Source: Bacillales bacterium UBA5632 (GTDB lineage Bacteria > Bacillota_I > Bacilli_A > Izemoplasmatales > Hujiaoplasmataceae). Taken from it: a stretch of DNA of 33,714 nucleotides. Of this stretch, positions 1 to 9,686 are shown piece by piece; the stretch's first letter is position 1; each line of letters opens with the position of its first letter. The position numbers and the translations under genes are program-made. The stretch lies in NCBI GenBank assembly GCA_002421405.1, contig DIJY01000105.1:1-33714 (forward strand). Direction: 5' to 3'. The notes beneath the pieces are model-generated. The model worked only from the letters and a program-made list of their open reading frames with translations. It was not told where the DNA came from and did no database searches.

Positions 1-2
1 TC

Positions 3-563
3 AATTTAAATTTCATGGTCGATTTAATGAATATGGATATTTACAAAATTCCCGACGGGGATATTGTATCAATCTTGGTTTATTACATTATTTGCATGCA
101 AGATGGAATCAGTGCCACGCATTATGTATCATTCTTTAGTAAGCTATTGATTAATCTTAAGGAATTCAATACCGCAAAAGACTTCTCGAAAATGAATTGG
201 AAAGAAGGGTATTCTGAAATCAATCCCCTTCATCGGTTGATGTTACGGATCCATTATGAACTTTATGTTGAACTTGAGGATTTGGCTCGAGATTATCAGT
301 ATGAATCTTCGCTCGAGATTTCAAAATCGGATTATATTGAAAACACAATTGACAAACTCAATCAGATTTTTTCGAAAGAAGATATTCGGTTAAAGCATCC
401 ACTGATTTCTGATTCAACGATTAACCGAACCCTGAAACGGATGCAAGAAGAGAATAAAATTCGACCGCTTGGCAAAGGACGAAGTGCAAAATGGACAAAA
501 TTATATCAAAAAGAAACAAAAAAATCGATTTTAAAACAAATGAATTTTGATTTAGGAGAGTAA
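3..563 (+). CDS. Hypothetical protein with a C-terminal winged-helix-like segment; probably 5'-truncated by the window edge
   Basis: The frame is open from base 3 with no upstream stop. There is no Shine-Dalgarno in the 14 nt before the first ATG (15), so the gene likely begins left of the window. The C-terminal stretch ISDSTINRTLKRMQEENKIRPLGKGRSAKWTKL resembles the wHTH tails of Fic-type and related proteins. No Fic HPFxxGNG motif is present in the visible part. Confidence 0.4.
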   Translation, partial: NLNFMVDLMNMDIYKIPDGDIVSILVYYIICMQDGISATHYVSFFSKLLINLKEFNTAKDFSKMNWKEGYSEINPLHRLMLRIHYELYVELEDLARDYQYESSLEISKSDYIENTIDKLNQIFSKEDIRLKHPLISDSTINRTLKRMQEENKIRPLGKGRSAKWTKLYQKETKKSILKQMNFDLGE

Positions 564-566
564 ACT

Positions 567-1388
567 ATGAGCGATATATCGTTAATGATTCAAAACGCTT
601 TATTGGAAGACATGCCGAATGGGGATATTACAACGGACACTCTTTTTAAACTCGAGACTTCAGTGGCCCGTTTTATTGTGAAGGCCTCAGGCGTTATTTC
701 TGGGGTACTTGTCGCACAAGAAACATTTAAAATTGTCGATCCGACCCTAGAATTTACAATCTACTTAACCGACGGAACACACGTCAAAAAAGGGGATGTC
801 ATTGCCCGGGTTTTCGGATTGACGAGTTCAATCTTAAAAGCAGAACGCGTCGCTTTGAATTTCATGCAACGAATGAGTGGCATCGCAACCTTAACCGATT
901 TGTTCGTTTCTCAAACAATTGGAACAAAAACTAAAATACTTGACACTCGAAAAACGACTCCGAATTTAAGATGCTTGGAAAAACAAGCGGTCAGAGATGG
1001 CGGTGGAACCAATCATCGGATGAATTTGTCTGAGATGGTCATGATTAAAGATAATCATATTCAAGCGGCAGGTTCAATTACTTCAGCGGTTTCAATCCTA
1101 AAAAATAAAATTGATTCATCGATCAAAATTGAAGTTGAAGTTGAATCCATTGAACAACTTAAAGAAGCGCTCTTAACCGAGACGGACATCATCATGCTTG
1201 ATAACATGAGTTGTTCAATGATGGCGGAATGTGTCAAAATCAACGCTCATAAAAAACTCCTTGAGGCAAGCGGAAATATGACGCTTGAAAGAGTCAAAGA
1301 TGTTGCTTTAACCGGAGTTGATTATATCTCGGTAGGAGCTTTAACACATTCGTATGATTCTTTAGATATCTCTTTGAAATTTGAGTGA
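567..1388 (+). CDS. nadC: Nicotinate-nucleotide pyrophosphorylase (carboxylating), quinolinate phosphoribosyltransferase
   Basis: 273 aa with family hallmarks ERVALNFMQRMSGIAT, LDTRKTTPNLR, GGGTNHR and MIKDNHI. An AGGAGAG Shine-Dalgarno lies just upstream. The stop is TGA at 1386-1388. Confidence 0.9.
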   Translation: MSDISLMIQNALLEDMPNGDITTDTLFKLETSVARFIVKASGVISGVLVAQETFKIVDPTLEFTIYLTDGTHVKKGDVIARVFGLTSSILKAERVALNFMQRMSGIATLTDLFVSQTIGTKTKILDTRKTTPNLRCLEKQAVRDGGGTNHRMNLSEMVMIKDNHIQAAGSITSAVSILKNKIDSSIKIEVEVESIEQLKEALLTETDIIMLDNMSCSMMAECVKINAHKKLLEASGNMTLERVKDVALTGVDYISVGALTHSYDSLDISLKFE

Positions 1389-1408
1389 TTTATTTTTCTA
1401 GATACCCT

Positions 1409-1436
1409 TTGAAATCCCGGCCTAATTAGATATAAT
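1409..1436 (+). promoter_or_regulatory. Putative sigma-A promoter for recJ-apt-rel-dtd
   Basis: TTGAAA (1409-1414), a 16-nt spacer, then TATAAT (1431-1436), in the 74-nt gap between nadC and recJ. Confidence 0.55.
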
Positions 1437-1462
1437 AGATTGTTAGGAAATTGGTGGTAAGA

Positions 1463-3565
1463 ATGTTAAAAGCAAAATACGGATGGCAATTATCCGTCGA
1501 CGGAATCGTCGATGACCAAGACATTTTCGACCATATTTTAAAAAATCGGGGCATCGAAGATGCGGACCATTTTTTTAACATGGGTAAAGAAAATCTCCAC
1601 AGCCCATTCTTGCTTCAAGGAATGACAAAAGCGGTGAACCGAATTTTGCTTGCCATATCCGCTTCAGAACCGATCATGATTTATGGTGATTATGATTGCG
1701 ATGGCATCACCGCGATTAGCGTTTTATATCGTGCACTAAAAAAGATGAACGCAAACGTTCATTATGACCTTCCTGACCGTTTCTCTGATGGGTATGGATT
1801 AAATCTCAAAGCTGTCGAAAACATCATCCAAAAGGGGTATAAACTTGTTATAACGGTTGATAACGGTATTACATGCATTGATGAGGTCAAAAAACTTCAA
1901 AATGCAGGGATTGATTGTATTATTACCGATCATCATGAACCGAAAGAAGTCATCCCATGTGCCTATACGATTATTCATGCTAAAACAAGTAAAGACTATC
2001 CGTGGAAAGAATTAGCGGGTGTTGCGGTTGCATATAAATTAGCGGTCGCCGTCACGGGTGATGATTTAGATGAACTTCTTGACTTAGTTATGATTGGCAC
2101 GATTGCGGATTTAATGCCTTTGAAAGATGAGAATCAAGCTTTAGTTAATTTGGGATTGAAGCAATTTCAAAAAACGACGCACCCAGGATTAAAAAAATTA
2201 ATCCAACATTCTCATCTTGACCAATTGAATGAAACGGCAATCGCTTTTAAAATCGCACCCAAAATCAATAGTAGTGGACGATTGGGAAAAGCAAAAGATG
2301 CCGTGAAATTACTGATCACCGATTCTGATGAAGAAGCGAATCGATTAATTTTGGGAATTGAACAAAACCATTCAACGAGAAAAGATTTAACCGAAGAATC
2401 GTTTGTCATATGCGAACGGGTCATGGATATTGCGAATAATGTCTTAATCATTGCGAGCACCGAATTGCATGAAGGTATTATAGGTATCTGTGCACAAAAA
2501 ATAGCGGAAAAATATCAAAAGTCTACCATTGTCATTAACATCGATGAAGAGGGAATTGGTAAAGGTTCGTGTCGAGCCTATGGACAAGACAACATCTTAG
2601 AAATGTTGGATGGAGCCAATGACTTACTTGTTAAATATGGGGGTCATTCTCAAGCGGCTGGTCTGACGATTGAATCCGCTAAAATTCCACAATTGATTGA
2701 ACGCTTGAATCGAATCGCTAAAATTTCAATTCAACCCATTTTAACAATTGATATGGAAATTAAAATTTCAGAAATTTCACTATCAACGGTCAAAAAACTT
2801 GAAAAGTACTCGTTTTTTACCGGCGCGTTTCTTTTCAAAAAACTTCAAGTTATTTCAAAAATGATTATGGCGCAAAAACATACGAAATTAATTGTTCAAG
2901 ACGAAGCCAAATCATTTGAAGCAATCATCTTTAACAACCTTGATTATTATTATCTTTTAGAACCGGGTGATATGATTGACATGGTCGGTGGGCTAAGCAT
3001 CAACCAATGGAAATCAAAAGAATCATTACAAATACTCATCAAAGATATCCGGTGTGACGATTTTCAATTAATTGATTGGCGACATTACCCTGAGAATACA
3101 TTATTTCCAACCATTCATTCATCTGAAGTGTTAATTATCGATGATTCGTATTTAAAAGATCATACAATTCACGATTTGATTCAATCAGATTTCATTCCAA
3201 AAACGATCATCATGGGTCCATTCAAACACTATGGATTTATCACAAAAAATTTATCGAAAGAAGGACTCGCTCCGATTTATCGACTGATTCAAAATAAAGA
3301 GTCAATCGAGCGACACCAACTGTATCCTTTAATTGGTGGAAATCCATGGCTCGTCGAATCCGCTTTGAAGATTTTTTGTGAACTTAAGCTGATTGAGTGC
3401 ATTGATAACACCATCAAAACGATGCGGCAAACAGGACCCAAAAAGAGTTTAGAAGATTCACCGACTTATACTCATCTCATTCAAACAAAAGCGACTTATG
3501 ACTTTTTCATTGATCGTCAGTATCTGTCGCTCAAAACGCATTTTAGAAATTTATTGGAGGTTTAA
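1463..3565 (+). CDS. recJ: Single-stranded-DNA-specific exonuclease RecJ
   Basis: DHH-family motifs [16 protein letters not shown] and ITDHHEP, plus DHHA1 GGHSQAAG. The ORF opens at TTG 1451, but ATG 1463 has better GGTGG/AGGAA spacing. About 700 aa. Confidence 0.85.
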   Translation: MLKAKYGWQLSVDGIVDDQDIFDHILKNRGIEDADHFFNMGKENLHSPFLLQGMTKAVNRILLAISASEPIMIYGDYDCDGITAISVLYRALKKMNANVHYDLPDRFSDGYGLNLKAVENIIQKGYKLVITVDNGITCIDEVKKLQNAGIDCIITDHHEPKEVIPCAYTIIHAKTSKDYPWKELAGVAVAYKLAVAVTGDDLDELLDLVMIGTIADLMPLKDENQALVNLGLKQFQKTTHPGLKKLIQHSHLDQLNETAIAFKIAPKINSSGRLGKAKDAVKLLITDSDEEANRLILGIEQNHSTRKDLTEESFVICERVMDIANNVLIIASTELHEGIIGICAQKIAEKYQKSTIVINIDEEGIGKGSCRAYGQDNILEMLDGANDLLVKYGGHSQAAGLTIESAKIPQLIERLNRIAKISIQPILTIDMEIKISEISLSTVKKLEKYSFFTGAFLFKKLQVISKMIMAQKHTKLIVQDEAKSFEAIIFNNLDYYYLLEPGDMIDMVGGLSINQWKSKESLQILIKDIRCDDFQLIDWRHYPENTLFPTIHSSEVLIIDDSYLKDHTIHDLIQSDFIPKTIIMGPFKHYGFITKNLSKEGLAPIYRLIQNKESIERHQLYPLIGGNPWLVESALKIFCELKLIECIDNTIKTMRQTGPKKSLEDSPTYTHLIQTKATYDFFIDRQYLSLKTHFRNLLEV

Positions 3566-3566
3566 T

Positions 3567-4079
3567 ATGAATTTAGAAAATTTTATTACAAATGTTCCAG
3601 ATTTTCCCGTTGCAGGAATTCAATTTAAAGATATTACACCACTCATTGGTAATGGCGATGCATATCGTAAAGCCATCGACGAGTTAGCGCACTTCGCCAA
3701 AAGTCAAGAAGCCGAATTAGTCGTTGGACCTGATGCGAGAGGGTTTATCTTTGGTTCACCGGTTGCCTATGCTTTAGGCGTCGGGTTTGTCCCGGTTCGG
3801 AAACCAGGAAAATTACCGCGGGCCACGATTCAATACGATTATGATCTTGAATATGGAAAAAACACGCTTGCGATGCACCAAGATGCAATTAAACCCGGAC
3901 AAAAAGTAGTTATTATTGATGATCTTTTAGCGACGGGCGGAACCATGGACGCTACGATTAAATTAATCGAAGCGGCTGGTGGGATTGTTGTTGGTCTCGG
4001 TTTCTTAATTGAACTTGTTGAACTAAAAGGCAGAGAAAAACTCAAAGGATTCCCAGTGAAGGTTTTGATTCAATACTAA
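3567..4079 (+). CDS. apt: Adenine phosphoribosyltransferase
   Basis: 170 aa starting [30 protein letters not shown]-binding motif [19 protein letters not shown] Shine-Dalgarno. The start lies 1 nt after the recJ stop; the longer ORF from 3498 overlaps recJ and lacks an RBS. Confidence 0.92.
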   Translation: MNLENFITNVPDFPVAGIQFKDITPLIGNGDAYRKAIDELAHFAKSQEAELVVGPDARGFIFGSPVAYALGVGFVPVRKPGKLPRATIQYDYDLEYGKNTLAMHQDAIKPGQKVVIIDDLLATGGTMDATIKLIEAAGGIVVGLGFLIELVELKGREKLKGFPVKVLIQY

Positions 4080-4096
4080 TGTTGGGAGGCGAAAAA

Positions 4097-6283
4097 ATGA
4101 CCAAAGCGGACATTTTCAAGCCATTACAAAGTGCAATTTCATCGTATTTAACTCGACCCGATCACCTTGATTTCATTCAAAAGGCGTTCGATTTTGCCTA
4201 TGAAAAACATGCGGGTCAATTGCGAAAATCCGGTGAACCCTACATTATTCACCCAATACAGGTCGCATGTACTCTTGCCGAATACCAAGTAGATCCCTTC
4301 ACCATTGCAAGTGGTTTAATGCATGATTTGCTTGAAGATACCGATACGAAATATTCCGACTTAAAATCTCTATTTGGCGAGGAAGTCGCAGATATCGTCG
4401 AAGGATTAACAAAATTACATTTACTTCATTACGAAGGTTCGAAAGCCTCAGAACAAGTGAAAAATCATCAAAAAATGGTTTTAGCAATGGCAAAAGATAT
4501 TCGTGTAATTTTCGTAAAACTTTCAGACCGTTTGAATAATATGAGAACTCTTTCGCATTTAGACACTGAACGTCAAATTCGAATCAGTCGTGAGACACTA
4601 GATATTTTTGCACCCATTGCCCATCGTCTTGGTATGTATCGTTTGAAAGCAGAATTGGAAGATTTAGCTTTTAAATATTTATATAACGAAGACTATTTAG
4701 AAATTCAAAAACAAATTAAAGATAAAAAAGGAAATCGAGAAGTCGACGTTAAACTCATGCAAAAAGAGTTGGAAGTCCTGCTAAAAACAGAAGGATTTCA
4801 ACAATTTGGCATCAACGGTCGCATCAAAAATATCTATTCAGTGTATCGAAAGATGCATGTTAAAGATTTAGAATTTGAAGAAATCAATGACTTGCTCGCT
4901 TTAAGAATCATTGTTGAAACCATCAGCGATTGCTATCGCGCGATTGGGATTGTTCATTCTAAATTTGTGCCCGTTCCCGGTCGTTTTAAAGATTATATTG
5001 CGATGCCAAAACCCAATATGTATCAATCTCTGCATACGACGGTTGTCTATCACGGAAAAATCTATGAGATTCAAATTAGAACCAAACAAATGGATGAAAT
5101 TGCTGAAAAAGGCGTTGCGGCTCACTGGGCTTACAAAGAGAATCAAGGACAGAGCCGGAAGAACATTGAAGATATCATTTCATCGAAACTTCGTTGGTAT
5201 TCTGAATTAATCAAGTATACTGAAGAATCAAATTCTGATGAGGAAATTCTTAGTATTTTCACGGATGATATTTTGAATGCGAACGTTTATGTTTTTACGC
5301 CAAATGGGGATATCATCGACTTAACGGCGGGGGCAACACCGCTTGATTTCGCTTTTAGAATTCATACTCGAATTGGCGAAAAGACGGTTGGTTCAATTGT
5401 GAATGGCAAAATTGTTCCTCTAGATTACACGTTAAAAACCGGAGACGTCGTTGAAATTAAGACTTCTCAAAATGCGGTTGGACCCAATGATAACTGGCTT
5501 AAAATTGCGAAGACAAGCAATGCGAGAAGTAAAATCAAGAATTTTCTCAATCGTCAACGTCGTGATTTATTAGTTGAGCAGGGCAAAGATGATCTTGAAA
5601 AGGAAATTCAAACCCGACATATTACCCTAACATTGTCAGATAAACAATGCAAAGATTTATTTGAGACTAAAGGCGTTAAATCGATTGAAGATTTGTATTA
5701 TGAAATCGGAAAAAATACAATTTCACCAATTACAATTATCAATGCAATCACCGGTAAAGAAATTATCACCGAAGATATGTTAATTGAATCGATTAACAAA
5801 ACGCCTGAAACAAAGCGCCAAGGAAAACTTAGAACATTACATTCTGACGTTAATATTGTCGTTGAAGGCTTAACGAATCCTTCGGTCAAATTAGCGAATT
5901 GTTGCACCCCTGTGTTAGGGGATGAAATCGTTGGCTATATAACGAAAGGTACCGGAATAGTCGTTCATCGCCAAATTTGTAAAAACGTTCAATCGTTTGT
6001 TAAAGAAAGACTGATCGATGTATTTTGGGGAAACAACGCTTTAAAAAAATACGAGACTCAAATCAAGATTACTGTCATCAACCGCGATAATGTTTTAGCT
6101 GAAATCATTAACGCCGCGACTTCTTCAAAAGGAAAGATAAACCAAGTTTCGGCACAAGTCAATCGTTCAAAAGAGGGGATCATCAAGATGAGACTCGAAG
6201 TGGGATCGGTTATTGAACTTGATCAAGTTTTGGCGAATATTTCAAAAATTCGAGGAATATTCTCCATTGAGAGGATTGCCTAA
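4097..6283 (+). CDS. relA: Bifunctional (p)ppGpp synthetase/hydrolase Rel (RSH family)
   Basis: HD hydrolase residues (HPIQV, HDLLEDT), synthetase domain (YQSLHTTV, IQIRT), a TGS segment (VFTPNGDIIDL) and a C-terminal ACT-like domain. GGGAGG lies 8 nt upstream of ATG 4097. Confidence 0.92.
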   Translation: MTKADIFKPLQSAISSYLTRPDHLDFIQKAFDFAYEKHAGQLRKSGEPYIIHPIQVACTLAEYQVDPFTIASGLMHDLLEDTDTKYSDLKSLFGEEVADIVEGLTKLHLLHYEGSKASEQVKNHQKMVLAMAKDIRVIFVKLSDRLNNMRTLSHLDTERQIRISRETLDIFAPIAHRLGMYRLKAELEDLAFKYLYNEDYLEIQKQIKDKKGNREVDVKLMQKELEVLLKTEGFQQFGINGRIKNIYSVYRKMHVKDLEFEEINDLLALRIIVETISDCYRAIGIVHSKFVPVPGRFKDYIAMPKPNMYQSLHTTVVYHGKIYEIQIRTKQMDEIAEKGVAAHWAYKENQGQSRKNIEDIISSKLRWYSELIKYTEESNSDEEILSIFTDDILNANVYVFTPNGDIIDLTAGATPLDFAFRIHTRIGEKTVGSIVNGKIVPLDYTLKTGDVVEIKTSQNAVGPNDNWLKIAKTSNARSKIKNFLNRQRRDLLVEQGKDDLEKEIQTRHITLTLSDKQCKDLFETKGVKSIEDLYYEIGKNTISPITIINAITGKEIITEDMLIESINKTPETKRQGKLRTLHSDVNIVVEGLTNPSVKLANCCTPVLGDEIVGYITKGTGIVVHRQICKNVQSFVKERLIDVFWGNNALKKYETQIKITVINRDNVLAEIINAATSSKGKINQVSAQVNRSKEGIIKMRLEVGSVIELDQVLANISKIRGIFSIERIA

Positions 6284-6729
6284 TGAAAGCGGTCGTTCAA
6301 AGAGTATTGGAAGCTTCAGTTTCGGTTAATCATCAAATCATTGGATCCATTAAAAAAGGATATTTGATTTTGCTGGGAATTCGTTTTGATGATACAGAGC
6401 AAGATGTTCTTTTTTTATCAAGGAAAATCGCCAATTTGAGGATTTTCGAGGATGAAAACAACAAACTGAATCGGTCAATTAAGGATGTTTCAGGATCGAT
6501 TTTATCCATCTCCCAATTTACGCTATACGGCGACACAAGTGATGGGAACAGACCCTCGTTTTCCGAAGCAGCAAAGCCTGAGGTAGCGAATCCGCTTTAT
6601 GCTCTATTTAATCAAACATTGTCAGAAAAACACAACATTCCAGTTTCAACCGGCATCTTTGGAAGTGACATGACTGTGCATCTTGTGAATGACGGTCCCT
6701 GCACCATCATTTTAGAGAGCCGAAAATAA
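6283..6729 (+). CDS. dtd: D-aminoacyl-tRNA deacylase
   Basis: 148 aa. N-terminus MKAVVQRV, then SQFTLYGDT, GNRPSF and NDGPCTI. The start overlaps the rel stop (TAATG). Confidence 0.9.
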   Translation: MKAVVQRVLEASVSVNHQIIGSIKKGYLILLGIRFDDTEQDVLFLSRKIANLRIFEDENNKLNRSIKDVSGSILSISQFTLYGDTSDGNRPSFSEAAKPEVANPLYALFNQTLSEKHNIPVSTGIFGSDMTVHLVNDGPCTIILESRK

Positions 6730-6749
6730 AGGTCGAACGCTTATATTGT

Positions 6750-6778
6750 TTGACTTTAAAAGTGTTTAATAATATAAT
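6750..6778 (+). promoter_or_regulatory. Near-consensus sigma-A promoter for acpP
   Basis: TTGACT (6750-6755), a 17-nt spacer, then TATAAT (6773-6778). Confidence 0.7.
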
Positions 6779-6823
6779 CTTACATATAGTAATATCACAA
6801 ATTTAATTCTTGGAGGAATTATC

Positions 6824-7084
6824 ATGGATAAGAAACAAGTTGTATTTGACAAAATTAAAGAAATTATCGTTCAAGAACTCGGTGTAAAAGCAGAAAAAGT
6901 TGTTTTAACCGCTGCTTTAGCTGATGATTTTGGAGCTGATTCACTCGACGCTCTTGAATTATTTAATCAAATCGAAAGCGAATTCTTAGTCACAATCTCT
7001 GATGATGCAGCAATGAAAATGAAAGACGTTAGTGACTTAGTCGACTTTGTTTTAGAGCATGTTAGCGATAAATATTTCGCTTAA
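6824..7084 (+). CDS. acpP: Acyl carrier protein
   Basis: 86 aa with the phosphopantetheine attachment motif GADSLDALEL and an acidic helical composition. GGAGG Shine-Dalgarno upstream. Confidence 0.85.
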   Translation: MDKKQVVFDKIKEIIVQELGVKAEKVVLTAALADDFGADSLDALELFNQIESEFLVTISDDAAMKMKDVSDLVDFVLEHVSDKYFA

Positions 7085-7126
7085 ATCTGAATTTAATCAA
7101 TTCTGAATACCTCTAAAAAGAGGATA

Positions 7127-7154
7127 TCGTCCTTGACAAGAGGACGATTTTTTT
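7127..7154 (+). terminator. Rho-independent terminator after acpP
   Basis: Perfect 7-bp stem TCGTCCT (7127-7133) / AGGACGA (7141-7147), a 7-nt loop, then T7 (7148-7154). A smaller hairpin, CCTCT-AAAA-AGAGG, precedes it at 7110-7123. Confidence 0.8.
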
Positions 7155-7173
7155 CAAAAAAAGGAGTATATAA

Positions 7174-8493
7174 ATGATTACTAAAATTAAAGGAACTTAT
7201 GATTTATTACCTGAACAAACCGCGGCTTGGCAAAAACTGGAAGATGTGATTGCGGCCGTTTCAAAATTATACCATTTTCAAGAAATTCGTACTCCTATTT
7301 TTGAAGCTAGCGAACTTTTTCACCGTGGTGTTGGCGATACGACAGATATCGTTAAAAAAGAAACCTACGATTTCTTAGATCGAGGCGATCGTTCGGTGAC
7401 TTTACGTCCTGAAGGGACGGCTGGTGTCGTTAGAAGCATTATTGAAAATAAACTTTATGCCAGTCCTAATTTACCTCTGAAGTATTATTATGTTGGCCCA
7501 ATGTTTCGTTATGAAAGACCACAAAAAGGTCGTCAACGTCAATTCCACCAATTTGGTGCTGAAGCAATGGGGTCTTTTGATCCAAGGCTTGACGCTGAAG
7601 TCATTGGATATGCAGTAACTCTTCTGAAAGCTTTAAGGCTTGAAAATGTCAAAGTTAAAATCAATTCACTCGGTGATAAAGCGAGTAAGAATGCTTACCG
7701 CACAACCTTACAAACTTATTTATCAACACAAATCGATGGATTATGCAGTGATTGTCAACACCGTTATTTAGAGAACCCCTTACGAGTGCTCGATTGCAAA
7801 GTTGACCATGACAATCCGATTTTGATTCAAGCGCCTAAACCATTAAATTCACTCAATGAATCAGATCAACAACATTTCAATCAAGTATTAGCGTATCTCG
7901 ATGGAATGGGAATTGATTACACGGTTGATGAATCTTTGGTTAGAGGGTTAGATTATTATACTCATACGGTATTTGAATTAGAAGCTGATTTACCCACTTT
8001 AGGTGCACAAGCAACGCTAGGGGGGGGCGGAAGATATAATGATTTAGTTGAAAGTTTAGACGGACCCTCATTTCCAGCCGTTGGTTTCGCTTTTGGTATG
8101 GAAAGATTACTGTTAGCAATGGAAAGTATGGAACAAAAATCCATAACACCTTACACCCATGCTTTTATCATTTCACTGGGAGAGAAAGCAAGTGTTGCTT
8201 CAATGTCACTAATAACCAAACTTAGACATGGTGGCTTGATTTGTGACACTGATTTCTTTAGCCGACCTTTAAAAGGACAATTTAAACAAGCTGAAAGAGT
8301 TAATCCGAAGTTCATTCTCATTTTAGGTGATGATGAATTGAGTCAAAATGTTGTGAATGTAAAAAATACGAAGACTGGAACACAAGAATCTGTTCCATTA
8401 GACGAGGTTTACCATTACATCGTTGAAGCAATTCAAAGTGAAGCACATCAGTGTTCTGGCCATTGTTCTGATTGTGAAGATGATTGCGAATAA
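7174..8493 (+). CDS. hisS: Histidine--tRNA ligase with an unusual Cys/His-rich C-terminal tail
   Basis: Class II motifs FRYERPQKGRQRQFHQFG and LGGGGRYN. AGGAG Shine-Dalgarno. 439 aa, ending SEAHQCSGHCSDCEDDCE. Confidence 0.93.
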   Translation: MITKIKGTYDLLPEQTAAWQKLEDVIAAVSKLYHFQEIRTPIFEASELFHRGVGDTTDIVKKETYDFLDRGDRSVTLRPEGTAGVVRSIIENKLYASPNLPLKYYYVGPMFRYERPQKGRQRQFHQFGAEAMGSFDPRLDAEVIGYAVTLLKALRLENVKVKINSLGDKASKNAYRTTLQTYLSTQIDGLCSDCQHRYLENPLRVLDCKVDHDNPILIQAPKPLNSLNESDQQHFNQVLAYLDGMGIDYTVDESLVRGLDYYTHTVFELEADLPTLGAQATLGGGGRYNDLVESLDGPSFPAVGFAFGMERLLLAMESMEQKSITPYTHAFIISLGEKASVASMSLITKLRHGGLICDTDFFSRPLKGQFKQAERVNPKFILILGDDELSQNVVNVKNTKTGTQESVPLDEVYHYIVEAIQSEAHQCSGHCSDCEDDCE

Positions 8494-8496
8494 TAC

Positions 8497-8520
8497 AAAA
8501 TACCCTGTATTTTATGCTTT
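8497..8520 (+). terminator. Weak AT-rich hairpin after hisS (possible terminator)
   Basis: AAAATAC (8497-8503) / GTATTTT (8507-8513) with a 3-nt loop, followed by ATGCTTT. The stem is all-weak and the T-tract is poor. Confidence 0.35.
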
Positions 8521-8552
8521 AATATGCTATAATTGTTCCTTGGAAGGACGTG

Positions 8553-9686
8553 ATGTTTTTGAAAAAACAACCCATCTCCGATCAAACACTTAATCGTATC
8601 ATAAAGTATTTAGCCATCGCTTTATTGGTACTGGCCATTTTATTTATGGCAATTCAATTTAAGGATTTGTGGAATTGGCTGACAGCCGCGATTAAGTCAG
8701 CAATTGTGCCTGTAGCCTTAGCGTATCTGATTGCTTTGATTATTTTTCCATTAGTCAAATATTTGGAGAAAAAAGGCATAGGTCCGCGTGGCTTATCTTT
8801 AGCCATTGTATTTATCCTCGCGGTCGGTTTGATTTTCGCAAGTTTTTATTTCATCACACCTATCATCATTTCAGAAATCAATAACTTTTTCTCCAATGAT
8901 TTTCCAAGAATTACCACCTATATTACGGTTGATATGCGAGATAGTTTTATTTTAGGTACTGATATTTTCGATCGTATCATGGCTTACATTGAAGATACAA
9001 ATATTATTGGTGCTTGGCTCAATAATTTATTACCTACCTTTTTAGCATCCATTGGAAGTATTGCTTTACCATTACTTACGACTTTAGCGTTATTACCGAT
9101 TTTATTACTGTACTACTTAATTGACTATGAAATGATTAACGAACGTTTACGTTCAATTATTCCAGCAAAGCATGAGAAAAACGTTGCTGAATTAGGTTCT
9201 CGACTGAATCAAACAGTAGGAGCTTACCTTCGGGGGCAATTACTCCTCATGTTAGCCATTGGTGCTGTAGCGACCATTGTATATAAGCTTATCGGTTTAA
9301 AGTATTTCTTCGTATTTGGTTTGATAGTTGGATTAACCAACATTATTCCTTATTTCGGAACGATTATTGCCGCAGTTCCACCCATTATCTACGCATTCAT
9401 CAGTGCGCCAGTGGGTCCTGGCCCTTTGTTAGTTCTCCTCGTCAATGTTGTTATTCAGTTTATTGAAGGTAACATTTTCCAACCGATTATTATGGGTCAC
9501 CAACTTGAAATTCATCCCATTGTTATCATTGTCTCGATTTTATTCTTTGGTTCTTTATTTGGTGCGCTCGGAGTTGTATTCGCTTCTCCAATCGCCGCTT
9601 CAATTCGAGTCATATGGAATTTCTTTAAGGAATTAAAATCCAGAAAAATGATGCAATCCGATGAGGGAGTTGCGAATTCAGGATGA
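8553..9686 (+). CDS. AI-2E family (PerM/UPF0118) transporter
   Basis: About 377 aa and polytopic. The pattern is typical of the family: a long hydrophobic N-terminal half, IPYFGTIIAAVPP, and GALGVVFASPIAA near the C-terminus. The start is ambiguous (GTG 8550, ATG 8553 or TTG 8559) relative to GGAAGGA at 8542-8548. TGcTATAAT, an extended -10, lies at 8525-8533. Confidence 0.8.
   Translation: MFLKKQPISDQTLNRIIKYLAIALLVLAILFMAIQFKDLWNWLTAAIKSAIVPVALAYLIALIIFPLVKYLEKKGIGPRGLSLAIVFILAVGLIFASFYFITPIIISEINNFFSNDFPRITTYITVDMRDSFILGTDIFDRIMAYIEDTNIIGAWLNNLLPTFLASIGSIALPLLTTLALLPILLLYYLIDYEMINERLRSIIPAKHEKNVAELGSRLNQTVGAYLRGQLLLMLAIGAVATIVYKLIGLKYFFVFGLIVGLTNIIPYFGTIIAAVPPIIYAFISAPVGPGPLLVLLVNVVIQFIEGNIFQPIIMGHQLEIHPIVIIVSILFFGSLFGALGVVFASPIAASIRVIWNFFKELKSRKMMQSDEGVANSG

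Noticed and set aside
4901-5210. A pair of about 80-100-aa ORFs on both strands at the same spot inside rel, considered as a possible overlapping gene.
   Set aside because: The region encodes the conserved (p)ppGpp synthetase core in the rel frame. The alternative frames have no RBS and their sequences look like noise.
7085-7173. A T-box leader upstream of hisS.
   Set aside because: The spacer is only 89 nt, and most of it is taken up by the acpP terminator. There is no specifier-loop or T-box (AGGGTGGNACCGCG-like) sequence.
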